Shown here in pieces: positions 29,462 to 42,643 of a stretch of 64,000 nucleotides of DNA. The stretch spans positions 27,406,001 through 27,470,000 of the forward strand of contig OZ249436.1 in NCBI GenBank assembly GCA_965235115.1, given 5' to 3'. Each line of letters starts with the position of its first letter. Positions within the stretch are counted from its first letter, which is position 1. A model generated the notes under the pieces. That model saw only the letters and a list, made by a program, of their open reading frames with translations. It was not told where the DNA came from and did no database searches. This DNA is from Laetmonice hystrix (taxonomy: Eukaryota). A program made the position numbers and the translations under genes.

Positions 29462-32400
29462 CAAGATCACACCTCCCCTTCATCATCCAATTGAGAGACT
29501 GACTCGTGTCTGTTAGCCCCAGTCAGTGTCAGTTTCACCTATTTAGTGTGAACACCCAGCCACCTCTTCCCCCCACCCCACCTCATCCCTCCATCCACCA
29601 TCTCAGCTGTCTTTTTAAATCATTAAATCAATAGTATTTCCCTGAGGGCTAGTGATGCTGACAGATTGGAACAACGACGAGGCTTTAATTGCATCATTGG
29701 AGGAGCAGGTCGTTGAGGTGAGGGTATGGAGAAGTTAGGGGGTTTGGGGGTTTGTCTGTGTTGTACTGGTGGGGGGGTTGGTTGGGGGTGGAGGGGTTGT
29801 GACAGAGCCGGTTGACAGTTTATGTCCATCCATGTCCTGTTATTGATCCCCGTTACAGTGAGACCTAAACCAATCTCCTGTTGGTACCCACCACGCAACC
29901 ATTACATACACTCCATAGCGTTTTAATGCCAAATCTTGGCTTATGTTGCCGCCGCCTCGCCAGCTCCTCTTTGTACAGTCTCCAGTCTAGTAAATACGTA
30001 ATGAGACTAGGAGTTGTGGAATGAGGGTCAGGCAGTACGGAGGCATCCCTCATTCCGTGCCAGGCGTCCAGGGATAAACATTCAAGATAAGTGCGATGAA
30101 AATTGGGAGGCTCGCTTTTCACGGAGAGAAAAAGATATTTCATGAGCATAATCATGTACATTCATCCTAGAAAAGAACTGTTAACCTGAACCTCTCCAGC
30201 GTGTCGTATCCGGTTCTCGTCTGTCAAGAGTTCGGGGTCCCTCATGGACTTATGATTGGTACGGATCTGGGTGAAGGGGGGGGGGGGATAATAGGCCTGC
30301 CCTTGAGATCAAGTATCCGTTCTCACGGACATACGTACAGATGTAGCCTGGATGAAGGGGGAGAAAAATGACTGACAACATTGTGTGCCAATCGTATGTT
30401 GTTTTTTTACCCCGGTCGGAGTTGTTCTGGTTTATGGGTGGAGGTAGTAGGAGGGGTGGGGGTCGGGGAATGTTGGCTGGAGATAAGAATGTGGGACGTT
30501 ATGCGGTATACACCCAGCTTGCTCTCATCTGATAAAAACCCTCCACATAGAAGTACTGCAAGCATTCCCACACTACAACTATTCATTAAGCGTGTGCATG
30601 TCTTTTTTTATTACTTATCCGGTTTCTGTACAGACACCTTAAAGGAATCTGTAAGGCTTCTTTAAAAAAAAAAGATTGGCCGCGAAGATTTGCTGTCATT
30701 GTTCATTTTAACACGCGCATTAGGAATCACGGAGGGAAGTTATTGATTTGCGGGATGTTGGATTGCTGGATTTTCCATCGTTTCTTGATACATTTGCCGA
30801 GTATTTGTTTGGCGTGTGCCAGTCTTGTCAGCCCAAACAAAGGCACTACAGAATTCATCACCAGGTCCCGTACCGCCAGGCGAGCTTTATATATTTTCTT
30901 ACAGCCTCCTCCTGTCGGATGCACGCAACCAGCGGCAAGGGAGTGTTATTGAAATGGAGGCAATCTCTCCCCATCTCCCCCCCCCCCTCCCCCGCCACCC
31001 AACCATTGCCATGTACCCAGCAGCCAGCAGCACTGTGTCAGCAGCTGCGATCCGCCCGTCCTCTGTGACAGGCGTTCCCAGGCCTGTAAGCTGTGATCAA
31101 GTTTCACAAAACGCAGTCACACAAGTCGTACATGTCAGGCAGACAACAGAGCCAACACGCCGACTTACAATCTGCTCTGCTTAGGTATAAAGATTGCTCG
31201 GCGCGGTTAGAAGGCAACCATGAAATATTCAATGGTGCCGACAGTTGTAGGCAGGTGTTAGCGACAGCAGAGCGACGGTCATCAAGCCAACCCGTGGAGG
31301 CCTTCCCAGGCTCCGGGAGCTGATGGTGGTGGTGGTGTGCCCTGAGGTGGTGCTGTGGTGCCTGGTGGTGCTGAGGAGGCACCACACTTCCATCCATCAA
31401 CCCCTCTCCTCTCCGACTCCTACTTCAGCCGGTTGAAATATAAGAAGGAATTCGCAATATGCCGAGTATCTTAACCCGAACTTGAGAGGCTCTGATTGCA
31501 GAAGCATTTCTTGGAGTTTGATTTTTTCCCCACCTTTTACCCCGCCCCCTTTTCTTTCTTTTCTAAATTGAAAATCAGTAATCAATTTCCGACATGCCTG
31601 TTTGATAACGGCGCGCTCCTTGTATCTGAACTTATGTACTAGTGTTTGTAATTCAACGATGATAATTTCAGTTATTGCGAAAAGAAAAACTACATTCAGT
31701 AGAATTACATTTACTCCAGAATGCACACTAATGAATAACTGAACAAGAATAGTAGGCCATGCGAGAGCTGATAGAAACACAGTGTTGCTTTCTGTCTATA
31801 TTAAATCTTAATTTTAAAAATTATTTTAATGAACCCAAGTAGTATACTCTGCAGTATATACTACTAACCCACCTGTCTCCTTATCTAGATTTGCCAAATT
31901 TATATTTCTACAAAATTTCAAAAAGAAACATAATTCGACTCCAAGCTGGCTGAAAGAAACGAAGAGAGAAAAAGGCAATTGGCACTGTTGATTTCTAACT
32001 CTGAGATATCGTTGATGAATCCGTCAGGCAAAGCATGTTGCTATTGATTTTAAAATGGGATATTCTTCCTTCATTACCACAACTCCGGCCATATCCATTT
32101 GTTCCTGGAATATATCCATATTTGATTGTTATTTCTTAGGGTTTTTTCTCTCGCTCCGCAGCCAATATAACCGTATTACAATGGAATCACATGGTAGCGG
32201 CGTTGCATTCTGATTACCACAGCCCGGTAGAGGCGGGCCTATTATCAATGCCTCAGGAGAGGCGACGTCAGTTGTAAAGGTCTGTTTTATCGTGGGCCTC
32301 TCAAAGGCAGAGGCATTATTCACATTAGTTCTAATATGATTTAGAAGCGGCGAGCCTCTGGAGCTGTCAGAGAAGCAGGGCAATGGATGGGTGGTTTCAT

Positions 32401-33420
32401 CAGCGATGAGCAGGCAACCCAGAGCCAATTTGAGAGAGTATGTCAGACAAAACATCGCCGGCCTTTTCTATAGAAATTAATGCAGTTACCCTTGAACAAT
32501 GCACTTGGTGCACATGACAGCACGATGGTGGCGGATTGAAGGAATACGACAAAAACTGTCCCGATGGCTGTGCGCGTGTGTGTATTGTAGGCGTGTGTGC
32601 GGTGGGTGGGTGACGCTGTGGGTGGGTGTATTGTCTGAAGTCTGCCGTGGTCCTGAGGCTGGCGGGCAGAGAAATGATGAGGCGGTAGTTGATGATGCAG
32701 ACTTAATCAGGCCTGCCAGCAGCCCGGTATGAGGACAAATGTTGTCTGATATTGCTGTCAGAAGATAGATCGACTTTATTGGAGTGTTCGGAGCCCCGTG
32801 GCAGCCAGCGGTAATGCTTTGTTATGGGCGCGGCCTCGCCCGACCTGCCACAGTGGCCGGTGGCCGGTGGCAGGTCAGCGACGGCCGCCACCAGCTGACC
32901 TGCATCATTCATGAGCCGGTCATTGCAGCTCAAGTGATGCTGAAGGGGGATGAATACCGGCTAGCAATCGCTGCTATAAGAGCATGAAAACAACCACGTC
33001 TCAGACAAGGAAATTGAGTTACGAGCCAAGGCCCAAAGACTGGGGGAGGGCGAATAGAAAGAAAAATAGATCACCAATATCAGTAAGGGAATGTACACGC
33101 ACACGCATCTAGCCAGAAGATGTGGCCTGCCAGCATGCAAACCATGAAATGGAGTGTCGCATCTATATTTCATGTGCAAATTAGAATGGCTACATAGACT
33201 ATAGTTTGAGGTCTCGTGGGGAGAAAAAACGCGTGGAAAGCGGGGGCTTATAAATAAGGCCCTCCATTACTGTTAGCGTGTAATGGAGGTGTGAGCAGGC
33301 TCTAACGGCTCACTATAGAGACTTGAGTATGTCATAGAGAGACATTGGTGGACCTGGACAGCTTACCATTGATATCAGTGCTATCGTATAGCAGGCCGCG
33401 ACGGCTTACCTTAGGGATAT

Positions 33421-33638
33421 CAACGTCTCAGCCTGTTCAACCCACCCATATCGTAACTGTAGCCTGTTCTTGCTTCCCATGACGACAGCTTTGGCATATA
33501 AATTGCTTAACATACATTGGTATTTATTTACAACGTCTCAGCCTGTTCAACCCACCCATATCGTAACTGTAGCCTGTTCTTGCTTCCCATGGCGACAGCA
33601 TTGGCATATAAATTGCTTAACATACATTGGTATTTATT
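33421..33638. repeat. Direct tandem duplication of a 110-bp segment (2 copies)
   Basis: caacgtctcagcctgttcaacc…catacattggtatttatt starts at 33421 and again at 33531, with few mismatches. Confidence 0.93.
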
Positions 33639-34998
33639 ACTGTTATTAGATGCTCTAACTTGCGTGGGTTTATTTTTGTTTTGTAGATTTCAATTTAAGA
33701 AAAGAAAAATATTAAACCGGTTTTCGGTGGAGCAAGTTGGTTCAATATCTTATAGTAGTTTTTAGGAGTTGTTTTCAGAGAACAAGTTGATCTTGTAAAG
33801 AGGGAGGCCTACCACAGCTTCCCCCACACCGTGCCACCCACACATACACATACCTCTGTACAACTATTCCTGTTCATATAAACAGCCATAATAAGTTACC
33901 ATAGGGGCACCTATTATATGTCGGACATATTGAGCCGGTCAGGCCTCCAAGTAATAAAAGCATATCACATAGCTTGTTTATTGCGTACCGTATTCCTCTT
34001 CCAAACCGCACGCAGATGTGGCGCATATTGTATGAGTCGAGTTTGGGTAGTGTAACCACAGTCCATGCTTCTCTCTGCCAATTCCATGTAGTTTTTTTAA
34101 ATAATATTTTTTGGGGTGTTTTTCTTTTTTTTCAATTAAGCAAAAGACGAGTCAGCCCCGATAAACATATATGCAATATTACAATAGTGCAATGCTAATG
34201 AGGATGAAGGCGGTAACAATCGGGTGGTTAACGGAATATCGACTTAAGATTAAGGTATGTGCTTTATCAACATTGACTCTAGTATTTGAAAGTATGATGG
34301 CCATACAAACAAACCCTTTCAGTGAAAACTAAACCTGGCCAGGCCGCGTCCTCAGCCTGCTCAACGAGTACATTGTATATTATTCTATACTCGTTGGCCT
34401 GCTGAATAAACACGTTGATATTCCAACTCGTCTATAAGTGGTGGTAATGATAATAGTGACCGCTCTCTGACGCGAGGACACATGACACCCTGTTTCCTGT
34501 CTCAAATTGTAGAAAAAGGGGTATATTGACAATGGAAAGTAATTGCCGTGAACGAGAAAAGTACAAATAATCAATATCAAAAGAGTGTTCGCCATAAATT
34601 TCATCATCATAATGACATAGTGACGTTTATTGTCCATGTTGTAAGTATAAAAAAAATGTAGGAAAATTAATAGATTTTATGTGCAACGAATAATGCAGGG
34701 AAAGTTGGGTTTCAAAGAAAACTGAGAGTCATTGTTGGAAACTGTCGAGTAATGTACCGGAGATTTGATATCAGGTCGGAATTGTAGCCAATATAATCAT
34801 TACAAAACTATTATAACCGGCCTTAAAATAACTGGTATTATATTGGTTAGCGAAGGGACTTGATACTGAAAGCTATTCAACAAGCTATCAGCAATATTCA
34901 GTATTCATGTGAAGAAATTATCCTAATCTAAGATTTCTTTCTGAAAGGATGGAATGTAACAATCTTCAGTGTAATAATCTCCGGTGACAGACTGACGT

Positions 34999-36481
34999 TG
35001 ATGGTGCAGACTGGTTACCCTTGCCCACAGGTCAACCGCACCCTGGTGATGGTGCACACTGGTTACCCTTGCCCATACAGGTCAACTGCACCCCGGTGAT
35101 GGTGCAGACTGGTTACCCTTGCCCACAGGTCAACCGCACCCCGGTGATGGTGCAGACTGGTTACCCTTGCCCACAGGTCAACCTCACCCCGGTGATGGTG
35201 CAGACTGGTTACCCTTGCCCACAGGTCAACCTCACCCCGGTGATGGTGCAGATTGGTTACCCTTGCCCACAGGTCAACCTCACCCCGGTGATGGTGCAGA
35301 CTGCATGGTTACCCTTGCCCACAGGTCAACCTCACCCCGGTGATGGTGCAGACTGGTTACCCTTGCCCACAGGTCAACCTCACCCCGGTGATGGTGCAGA
35401 CTGGTTACCCTTGCCCACAGGTCAACCTCACCCCGGTGATGGTGCACACTGGTTACCCTTGCCCACAGGTCAACCACACCCCGGTGATGGTGCAGACTGG
35501 TTACCCTTGCCCACAGGTCAACCTCACCCCGGTGATGGTGCAGACTGGTTACCCTTGCCCATACAGGTCAACCGCACCCCGGTGATGGTGCAGACTGCAT
35601 GGTTACCCTTGCCCACAGGTCAACCTCACCCCGGTGATGGTGCAGACTGGTTACCCTTGCCCACAGGTCAACCGGTGATGGTGCAGACTGGTTACCCTTG
35701 CCCACAGGTCAACCGCACCCCGGTGATGGTGCAGACTGGTTACCCTTGCCCACAGGTCAACCGCACCCTGGTGATGGTACAGACTGGTTACCCTTGCCCA
35801 CAGGTCAACCGCACCCTGGTGATGGTGCAGACTGGTTACCCTTGCCCATACAGGTCAACCTCACCCCGGTGATGGTGCAGACTGGTTACCCTTGCCCACA
35901 GGTCAACCGCACCCCGGTGATGGTGCAGACTGGTTACCCTTGCCCACAGGTCAACCGCACCCTGGTGATGGTGCAGACTGGTTACCCTTGCCCATACAGG
36001 TCAACTGCACCCCGGTGATGGTACAGACTGCCTGGTTACCCTTGCCCATACAGGTCAACCGCACCCCGGTGATGGTGCAGACTGGTTACCCTTGCCCACA
36101 GGTCAACCGCACCCCGGTGATGGTGCAGACTGGTTACCCTTGCCCACAGGTCAACCGCACCCCGGTGATGGTGCAGACTGGTTACCCTTGCCCATACAGG
36201 TCAACTGCACCCCGGTGATGGTACAGACTGCATGGTTACCCTTGCCCATACAGGTCAACCGCACCCCGGTGATGGTGCAGACTGCATGGTTACCCTTGCC
36301 CATACAGGTCAACCTCACCCCGGTGATGGTACAGACTGGTTACCCTTGCCCATACAGGTCAACTGCACCCCGGTGATGGTACAGACTGCATGGTTACCCT
36401 TGCCCATACAGGTCAACCGCACCCCGGTGATGGTGCAGACTGCATGGTTACCCTTGCCCACAGGTCAACCGCACCCCGGTG
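34999..36481. repeat. Minisatellite, 48-53-bp unit x ~30
   Basis: Unit gatggtgcagactggttacccttgcccacaggtcaaccgcaccccggt, with +2 (ccatac) and +3 (ctgcatgg) insertion variants. Confidence 0.97.
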
Positions 36482-37403
36482 CACCCACCCTTACCCTCCG
36501 CCGTACAAATTCGCCTCTTTACGTTAGCGCACAAAGTTTGCGATCAATGGCAGCTAATTCACTTAGGGCACCTGACCGAGAGGGGAAGGTTGGAGTGGTG
36601 GTAGTCGAGGGGGGGGGGGCATCCGGATCGAAGGCCGGCGAGTGGCAGCTGCACCACTAATTCCCGAATCACTCGCCCCAATCCCGGAAAGCCTTTCTCC
36701 TTGCAGCTCCCCCACCCCTATTTTTTTGTCCCTCGCCTTGCCACCGCCCATCAGACTGGATGGTACCCTGCCCGTAAACATTGCTCATTACGTGGTTAAT
36801 GGCGAAATACAGCGATACAGTGGAGCGGATAGTGAGGAACACCCAGACGTCCATGCCACAAGCTGGGAGGGGGGGGGGGGGTGGCACAGGGCCAGTCGGT
36901 CACACGAGAGCATGCACACATGCAAGCCTGTCATCTATAAACAACGCTGCCCATCTCAATCCGACCTTAGCAATATCGGCCTGATGTTACTGCTGGCAGC
37001 TGGTGAATCAACGGCTTTTATTGTTATTAGTTATTTTTCATGCATGCATATATTGACTATACAATGCATAATGTGGATTCCCATTATGCATATGATAGTT
37101 CATGTATAATCATTGTTCACTCTTAACGTGTGTCTGGCGGGTTGTTGACGGGATGAAAGGGAATGTAACACGACCATAGGACCATAGTTAGACGCCATCC
37201 TGGGAGTGATAGAGACATGAATCATAACATAACCAACCGTTGGTCGTCCTCAGTGACATGTCACTGTCATCCTACCACCAGTGGGTCTTTCTTGTCTTTC
37301 TTGTCTTCACGCTTTCTTTCCCCTATTTTTGAGCTATATTTGACATTACGAGCCAGGATTTGCGGCGACATGCGGTCGGATTATGAGGGGATCATCTAGT
37401 CGA

Positions 37404-37628
37404 GGTTGTGATGGCATCATACGGCCGGGTTGTGAGGGCATTATCATGTCGGGTTGTGAGGGCATCATCCGGCCGGGTTGTGAGGGCATTATCATGTCGG
37501 GTTGTGATGGCATCATACGGCCGGGTTGTGAGGGCATCATCCGGCCGGGTTGTGAGGGCATCATACGGCCGGGTTGTGAGGGCATCATACGGCCGGGTTG
37601 TGAGGGCATTATCATGTCGGGTTGTGAG
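37404..37628. repeat. Minisatellite, 24/27-bp units x ~9
   Basis: gggttgtgagggcatcatacggcc mixed with gggttgtgagggcattatcatgtc-type units. Confidence 0.9.
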
Positions 37629-37736
37629 AAGATTATTTCACGGGTTCTCCACCATAGGAAGCGTGCTTGGAGAAATGACTGTGGGCAAGGTTATAGCAGT
37701 GACCATTATGCTGACATCATAAACATAGACACACTT

Positions 37737-37978
37737 AGCAATCTCCTCCTTGCTCCTGTTGTGGCAAGCAATCTCCTCCTTGCTCCTGTTGTGGCAAGCA
37801 ATCTCCCCCTTGCTCCTGTTGTGGCAAGCAATCTCCTCCTTGCTCCTGTTGTGGCAAGCAATCTCCTCCTTGCTCCTGTTGTGGCAAGCAATCTCCTCCT
37901 TGCTCCTGTTGTGGCAAGCAATCTCCTCCTTGCTCCTGTTGTGGCAAGCAATCTCCTCCTTGCTCCTGTTGTGGCAAG
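37737..37978. repeat. Minisatellite, 30-bp unit x 8
   Basis: Unit agcaatctcctccttgctcctgttgtggca. Confidence 0.96.
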
Positions 37979-38393
37979 GGGAACTCTCTACCCTAAAGAA
38001 TCACAAATTTTAGCTGTCGATGCGGGGTGCCGTAGTTTCCATGAGGAAAGCTGTTATTATGGGTTCCAGTAGTTTCTAGCTAGTTTTTCTTTCGGAAATC
38101 TTCCGTTTTGTTTCTCTCCTTACTTTTTTTCAATCCTTTTTTTCAGTCACTCCAATGTCGTACTTTCCATACGTGGCTTTGACAGTGTAATCCTGCTGTT
38201 TATGGTCTGCCAGCCTGCCAGCCTGCCTGTCAGTAATCCTCAGGATTAGTCCCAGGTTAATCTGCCGCCGGGTGTGCTGGCTCTCAGAAAACCTACCGAC
38301 ATCATTTCGTCCTCAATCTTTCCGTTACTCAACACGAATCCACCCAGTTAATCTTCTGATTTAGACAACAACATGCAAGATTAAAGGCCTGTC

Positions 38394-38529
38394 ATGTTGT
38401 TTTCTGTCAGATGATGATGTTTTCTGTCAGATGTTGTTTTCTGTCAGATGATGTTGTTTTCTGTCAGATGATATTTTCTGTCAGATGTTGTTTTCTGCCA
38501 GATGATGTGTCAGATGATGTTGTTTTCAG
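38394..38529. repeat. Short degenerate tandem repeat (~18-21 bp)
   Basis: Recurrent tgttttctgtcagatga(tga). Confidence 0.85.
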
Positions 38530-38898
38530 TCGGTGGTAGCTGATTGTTTTACCTGGCCAGGTGAGGTGAGTGCGACCTGCCAGGGCCGTGGGCGGGATGG
38601 TCCATCATAGTGGGGGAGATTAATTAATTTCGCCACCTGTTTTGACCCCGGCGGTGCACACCTACTGTGACGAGATTTTAATTGTGATGTCTGCCGCAGC
38701 TGAGGGTAAATCATTGAGCTGTAGGCATCCACCGAGTGACCAAACAGTCTGTGGAGTGTGACCGTATACTAGGTGTTTGGTGGGACCGCGTTTGGTGGGA
38801 CCGTACTAGATGTTTAGTACTAGGCGTCTAGGCAGTGTTACGGGACCTCCTGTGTGATCGTATGGGGATATAGGACCTCCAGTGGGATTGGAATTGAC

Positions 38899-39617
38899 GT
38901 CCAGTGTGACCGTCCAGTTTGATTCCATGGGGAGTCCAGTGTGACCGTTAGCGTCCAGTTGGATTCTATGGGGAGTCCAGTGTGACCGTTAGCGATCCAG
39001 TTTGATTCTATGGGGAGCCCAGTGTGACCGTTAGCGATCCAGTTTGATTATATGGGGAGTTCAGTGTGACCGTTAGCGTCCAGTTTGATTCTATGGGGAG
39101 TCCAGTGTGACCGTTAGCGATCCAGTTTGATTATATGGGGAGTTCAGTGTGACCGTTAGCGATCCGGTTTGACTATATGGGGAGTCCAGTGTGACCGTTA
39201 GCGATCCAGTTTGATTATATGGGGAGTCCAGTGTGACCGTTAGCGTCCAGTTTGATTCTATAGGGAGTCCAGTGTGACCGTTAGCGTCCAGTTTGACTAT
39301 ATGGGGAGTCCAGTGTGACCATTAGTGTCCAGTTTGATTCTATGGGGAGTCCAGTGTGACCGTTAGCGATCCAGTTTGATTCTATAGGGAGTCCAGTGTG
39401 ACCGTTAGCGTCCAGTTTGACTATATGGGGAGTCCAGTGTGACCGTTAGCGTCCAGTTTGATTACATGTATATGGGGAGTCCAGTGTGACCGTTAGCGAT
39501 CCGGTTTGATTCTATGGGAAGTCCAGTGTGACCGTTAGCGTCCAGTTTGACTATATGGGGAGTCCAGTGTGACCATTAGTGTCCAGTTTGATTCTATGGG
39601 GAGTCCAGTGTGACCGT
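38899..39617. repeat. Minisatellite, 41-42-bp unit x ~17
   Basis: Unit ggggagtccagtgtgaccgttagcg(a)tccagtttgattctat. Confidence 0.96.
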
Positions 39618-41299
39618 ATTGTCACACGTCTCAGGCAGATTTCCGATGTGAAAATAGACTGTGCCATGACTGACTTTGTCTCAGCAGTCCACTGATCTGG
39701 CAAGCCGGAGGTTGCCCCGGGCAGGTCGTTTTGACGTTCGCCATTTCGCTCTGATGACTCATCACGATCATATTTCAACAACAAGAAAGAGATATTCATT
39801 AGATTAAAGTGATTGCGAAATTTATTGAGTTTGATTTGCCCCCCGTCCCGCCCCCTGGTGAATAATGCGTGTTGTGATGAAGTAGGAGGTTGGAGCATCC
39901 ACCACGAACCGTCGGTGTCTGACTCACAGGGTGAGCAGGGAACGGTGTGATCAGCTCGACTAGGGTGAGAGCCGTAAACCGGGCTCTGTAATCAAGAGAC
40001 GGTACAGAACGGCTAATTGTTTCTCAAAACAATAACTGCCCGTCTTTAACCCCAAGGACAGCACACAAAACGACTTCGGTTTCTATCAGTCGTTCCCATC
40101 CCGATCCTTTCAAATATTGATGCCAAGTGCTCAATTAAGCAATTATATGCATTGCTAATTTGCCAAGTGACTATTATCTGCGGCGAGTTGGCGGTGACGC
40201 GCGAGGCTTGGCATGCATAATGGAGGGCCTGTCTGAGACGGGAGCCCGTCACGCCGCCCGCCGGGAGGGGAGCGGGCGGGTCGGGCGGGCGGGGAGGACA
40301 GGCCGGTCGGACGGCCCGCCGCCCGGGCCAGTGTTACCTCTATCGGCCCCCGGAGACCGGAGTCAGGCCGATATTGTTCCCGCTCGTCGGCCCCACCACC
40401 ACCTCCACCACCACCCGCCGGAGGATTTTGTTGTCCACGTTCTGCCCTGTCCAGGCTTCCTTCTCCTCCATTCTGTCTCGGCCACTTACGTAGTTTTCGC
40501 CACGGAATGAGATTCCTTTGTCATATTGGTTCTTTTTTTCCCCTACCTGAACGGACTGTTACTGTCCGTGGTAAAGACAGGGTTTGACTGACTACAGTAC
40601 AGGCCAGTCAGACGCTCGCTACTATTGATGCTGTGGGGCAATCCACCGGTAGCACATCCTTCTGTTTCAAGCTAGTACCGTACGAGGTGGTGTAAAAACC
40701 TGGACTCACATACTAGTAGAATCTGGTACGTTTCCACCCATGGTAACCGAGTATTTTGTACATGTATATCGAGATGGCGGCCTTTGATATAACATACCTC
40801 AGAAAATGATTGTGGAGTGATGTTGTGTGTAGATCCCGGTGTGTAGATCCCGGTTGGTTATTTAGAGTCATTAAAGTTGGATGTGCGATGGGTTGAGCGG
40901 ATTAGTGACAGTGTGGCCGAGTCCTCAGCCGGTCACACTGTGGGGATTTGTCTCCGTGGAGTCAGCGAGGGTCTCTCTATAGTCCCTCCCCCCCTACAAT
41001 AATGGTTGTTTAGGCCTAACACTAGCATGGACATCACTGGGACCAGTAACGTAGGATTCAAGATGATGGGCGTATATACTATAGATGGACAATGACGTTG
41101 ACAGAAAGAGTTGTTAGATTAATGTCTATTATTAGATTATTGTCTATATTCTTTAGATTATTGTCTATAAACGGGTTGGAGAGGAGGGAGGGGTAGTTGG
41201 TTCAAGAGTGTCAGTGTCAGAGCGTCTGCATATAGCAGTGGATTAGTATGAAAATGGATAGAATTCAGGCCATTAGTGGAGCGGTAGATTATATACAAC

Positions 41300-41378
41300 C
41301 TACCACCACCCCACACCACCACCACCACCCCACACCACCACCACCACCCCACACCACCACCACCACCACCACCACCAA
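41300..41378. repeat. (ACC)n imperfect microsatellite
   Basis: accaccacc runs interrupted by cccc-ac. Confidence 0.85.
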
Positions 41379-42643
41379 TAATAGCATTACCATCACTGTC
41401 AATACAGTATCGTCTGATGTAGAATCGTATACACACTGTAAGAAAACGTAGAACAGGAACCTCGGCATGCAATCTTAAAGTTCTTGATTTGTTTTTTTTT
41501 CACAATCTTTCATTTTTTGAATATGTGGATGAATGACAAGTGAATGGTTATGGCATGGTATCATCTAGACATCCAGACTGGTTTTTATCTCGCTGATAAC
41601 GATCGAGTTTCAGCGGATCCTAAATAAGGATGTTCTATGATGTAGGGAAGTAACCACTGGTAAAGAAACACTTTAGATATAAAATGATAATGGATTTCAA
41701 CAGTTTTTTCTCCATAAACTGCCTTACAAGTAGCTTCGCCTGTGGAAACATCTCATATATATACCTGGTCTTTTTTTCATTGATGTAGTCATGGGGATAT
41801 AAATGTAGAATATTTACCCACGATTCATTTTTAATATAAATGTATGTGTATGTCCAATGCCTTTTTTTCACTCAGGCGTATGGAAAGGCCTTTACAATAA
41901 TTAAAATATTTCTCAAAATATAATCTGCAGAATTGAAAATAAACCAACCAGACTTTCAGTGTGTGAATACGAATCAGGAGAGCGACAAGTACACGGTAAT
42001 TGTGAGAGTAAGTTTAAGAGATTATGTATAACCTTACAAATGTAACGTTGATTGGACTTCAGGTTTATGCCTTCATCATCGCACGAATATTGAATTAATT
42101 TATGGAAGATTAAAAATCAGAGAGAAAGAAAAAGAGAAGAGATGGTTTGATGTTTTAACCCTGTGCGTAATATTTAAATAAAGTCCCCAATTTTTTTTTA
42201 ACTCCGTATGAAATAAATTATAAATGCGTTTCATCGAGAAAGTACCCAAGCATATAACTTTAAAAAATACTATAGTTAGAACGTCGACTTTATATTGACG
42301 GCCCAACACATGTGAAATGCATATTAAAGACTTTGATGGGTTTGTGCCGGTTTTTTTTTTCTCTCCCGATCGGTTTCGCATGGGGCATCAAACAGAAGCG
42401 AACGACATACAATCACAAACACAGTCTGTCCCAGAACAGCTGAGTCCACGTAATACATAAAAATTGGACCTGTTCCAATCTATGGATTCCCGGCTGGGTT
42501 TTTTTTTGTCTCCCCCGTCTGGCTCGATATCTGTAGCCTTGTACCGGTAGTTGGATTCCCGATGATTACACTGCACTTTGTGAATAGCTAACGATGTTAA
42601 TATTATGTCATTTAAAATCTCTACAAGCATTTGTATTTACATT

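Noticed and set aside
35021..38072. Multiple repetitive ORFs (PTGQPHPGDG…, SNLLLAPVVA…)
   Set aside because: They are minisatellite translations, open in several frames, with frame-breaking unit variants.
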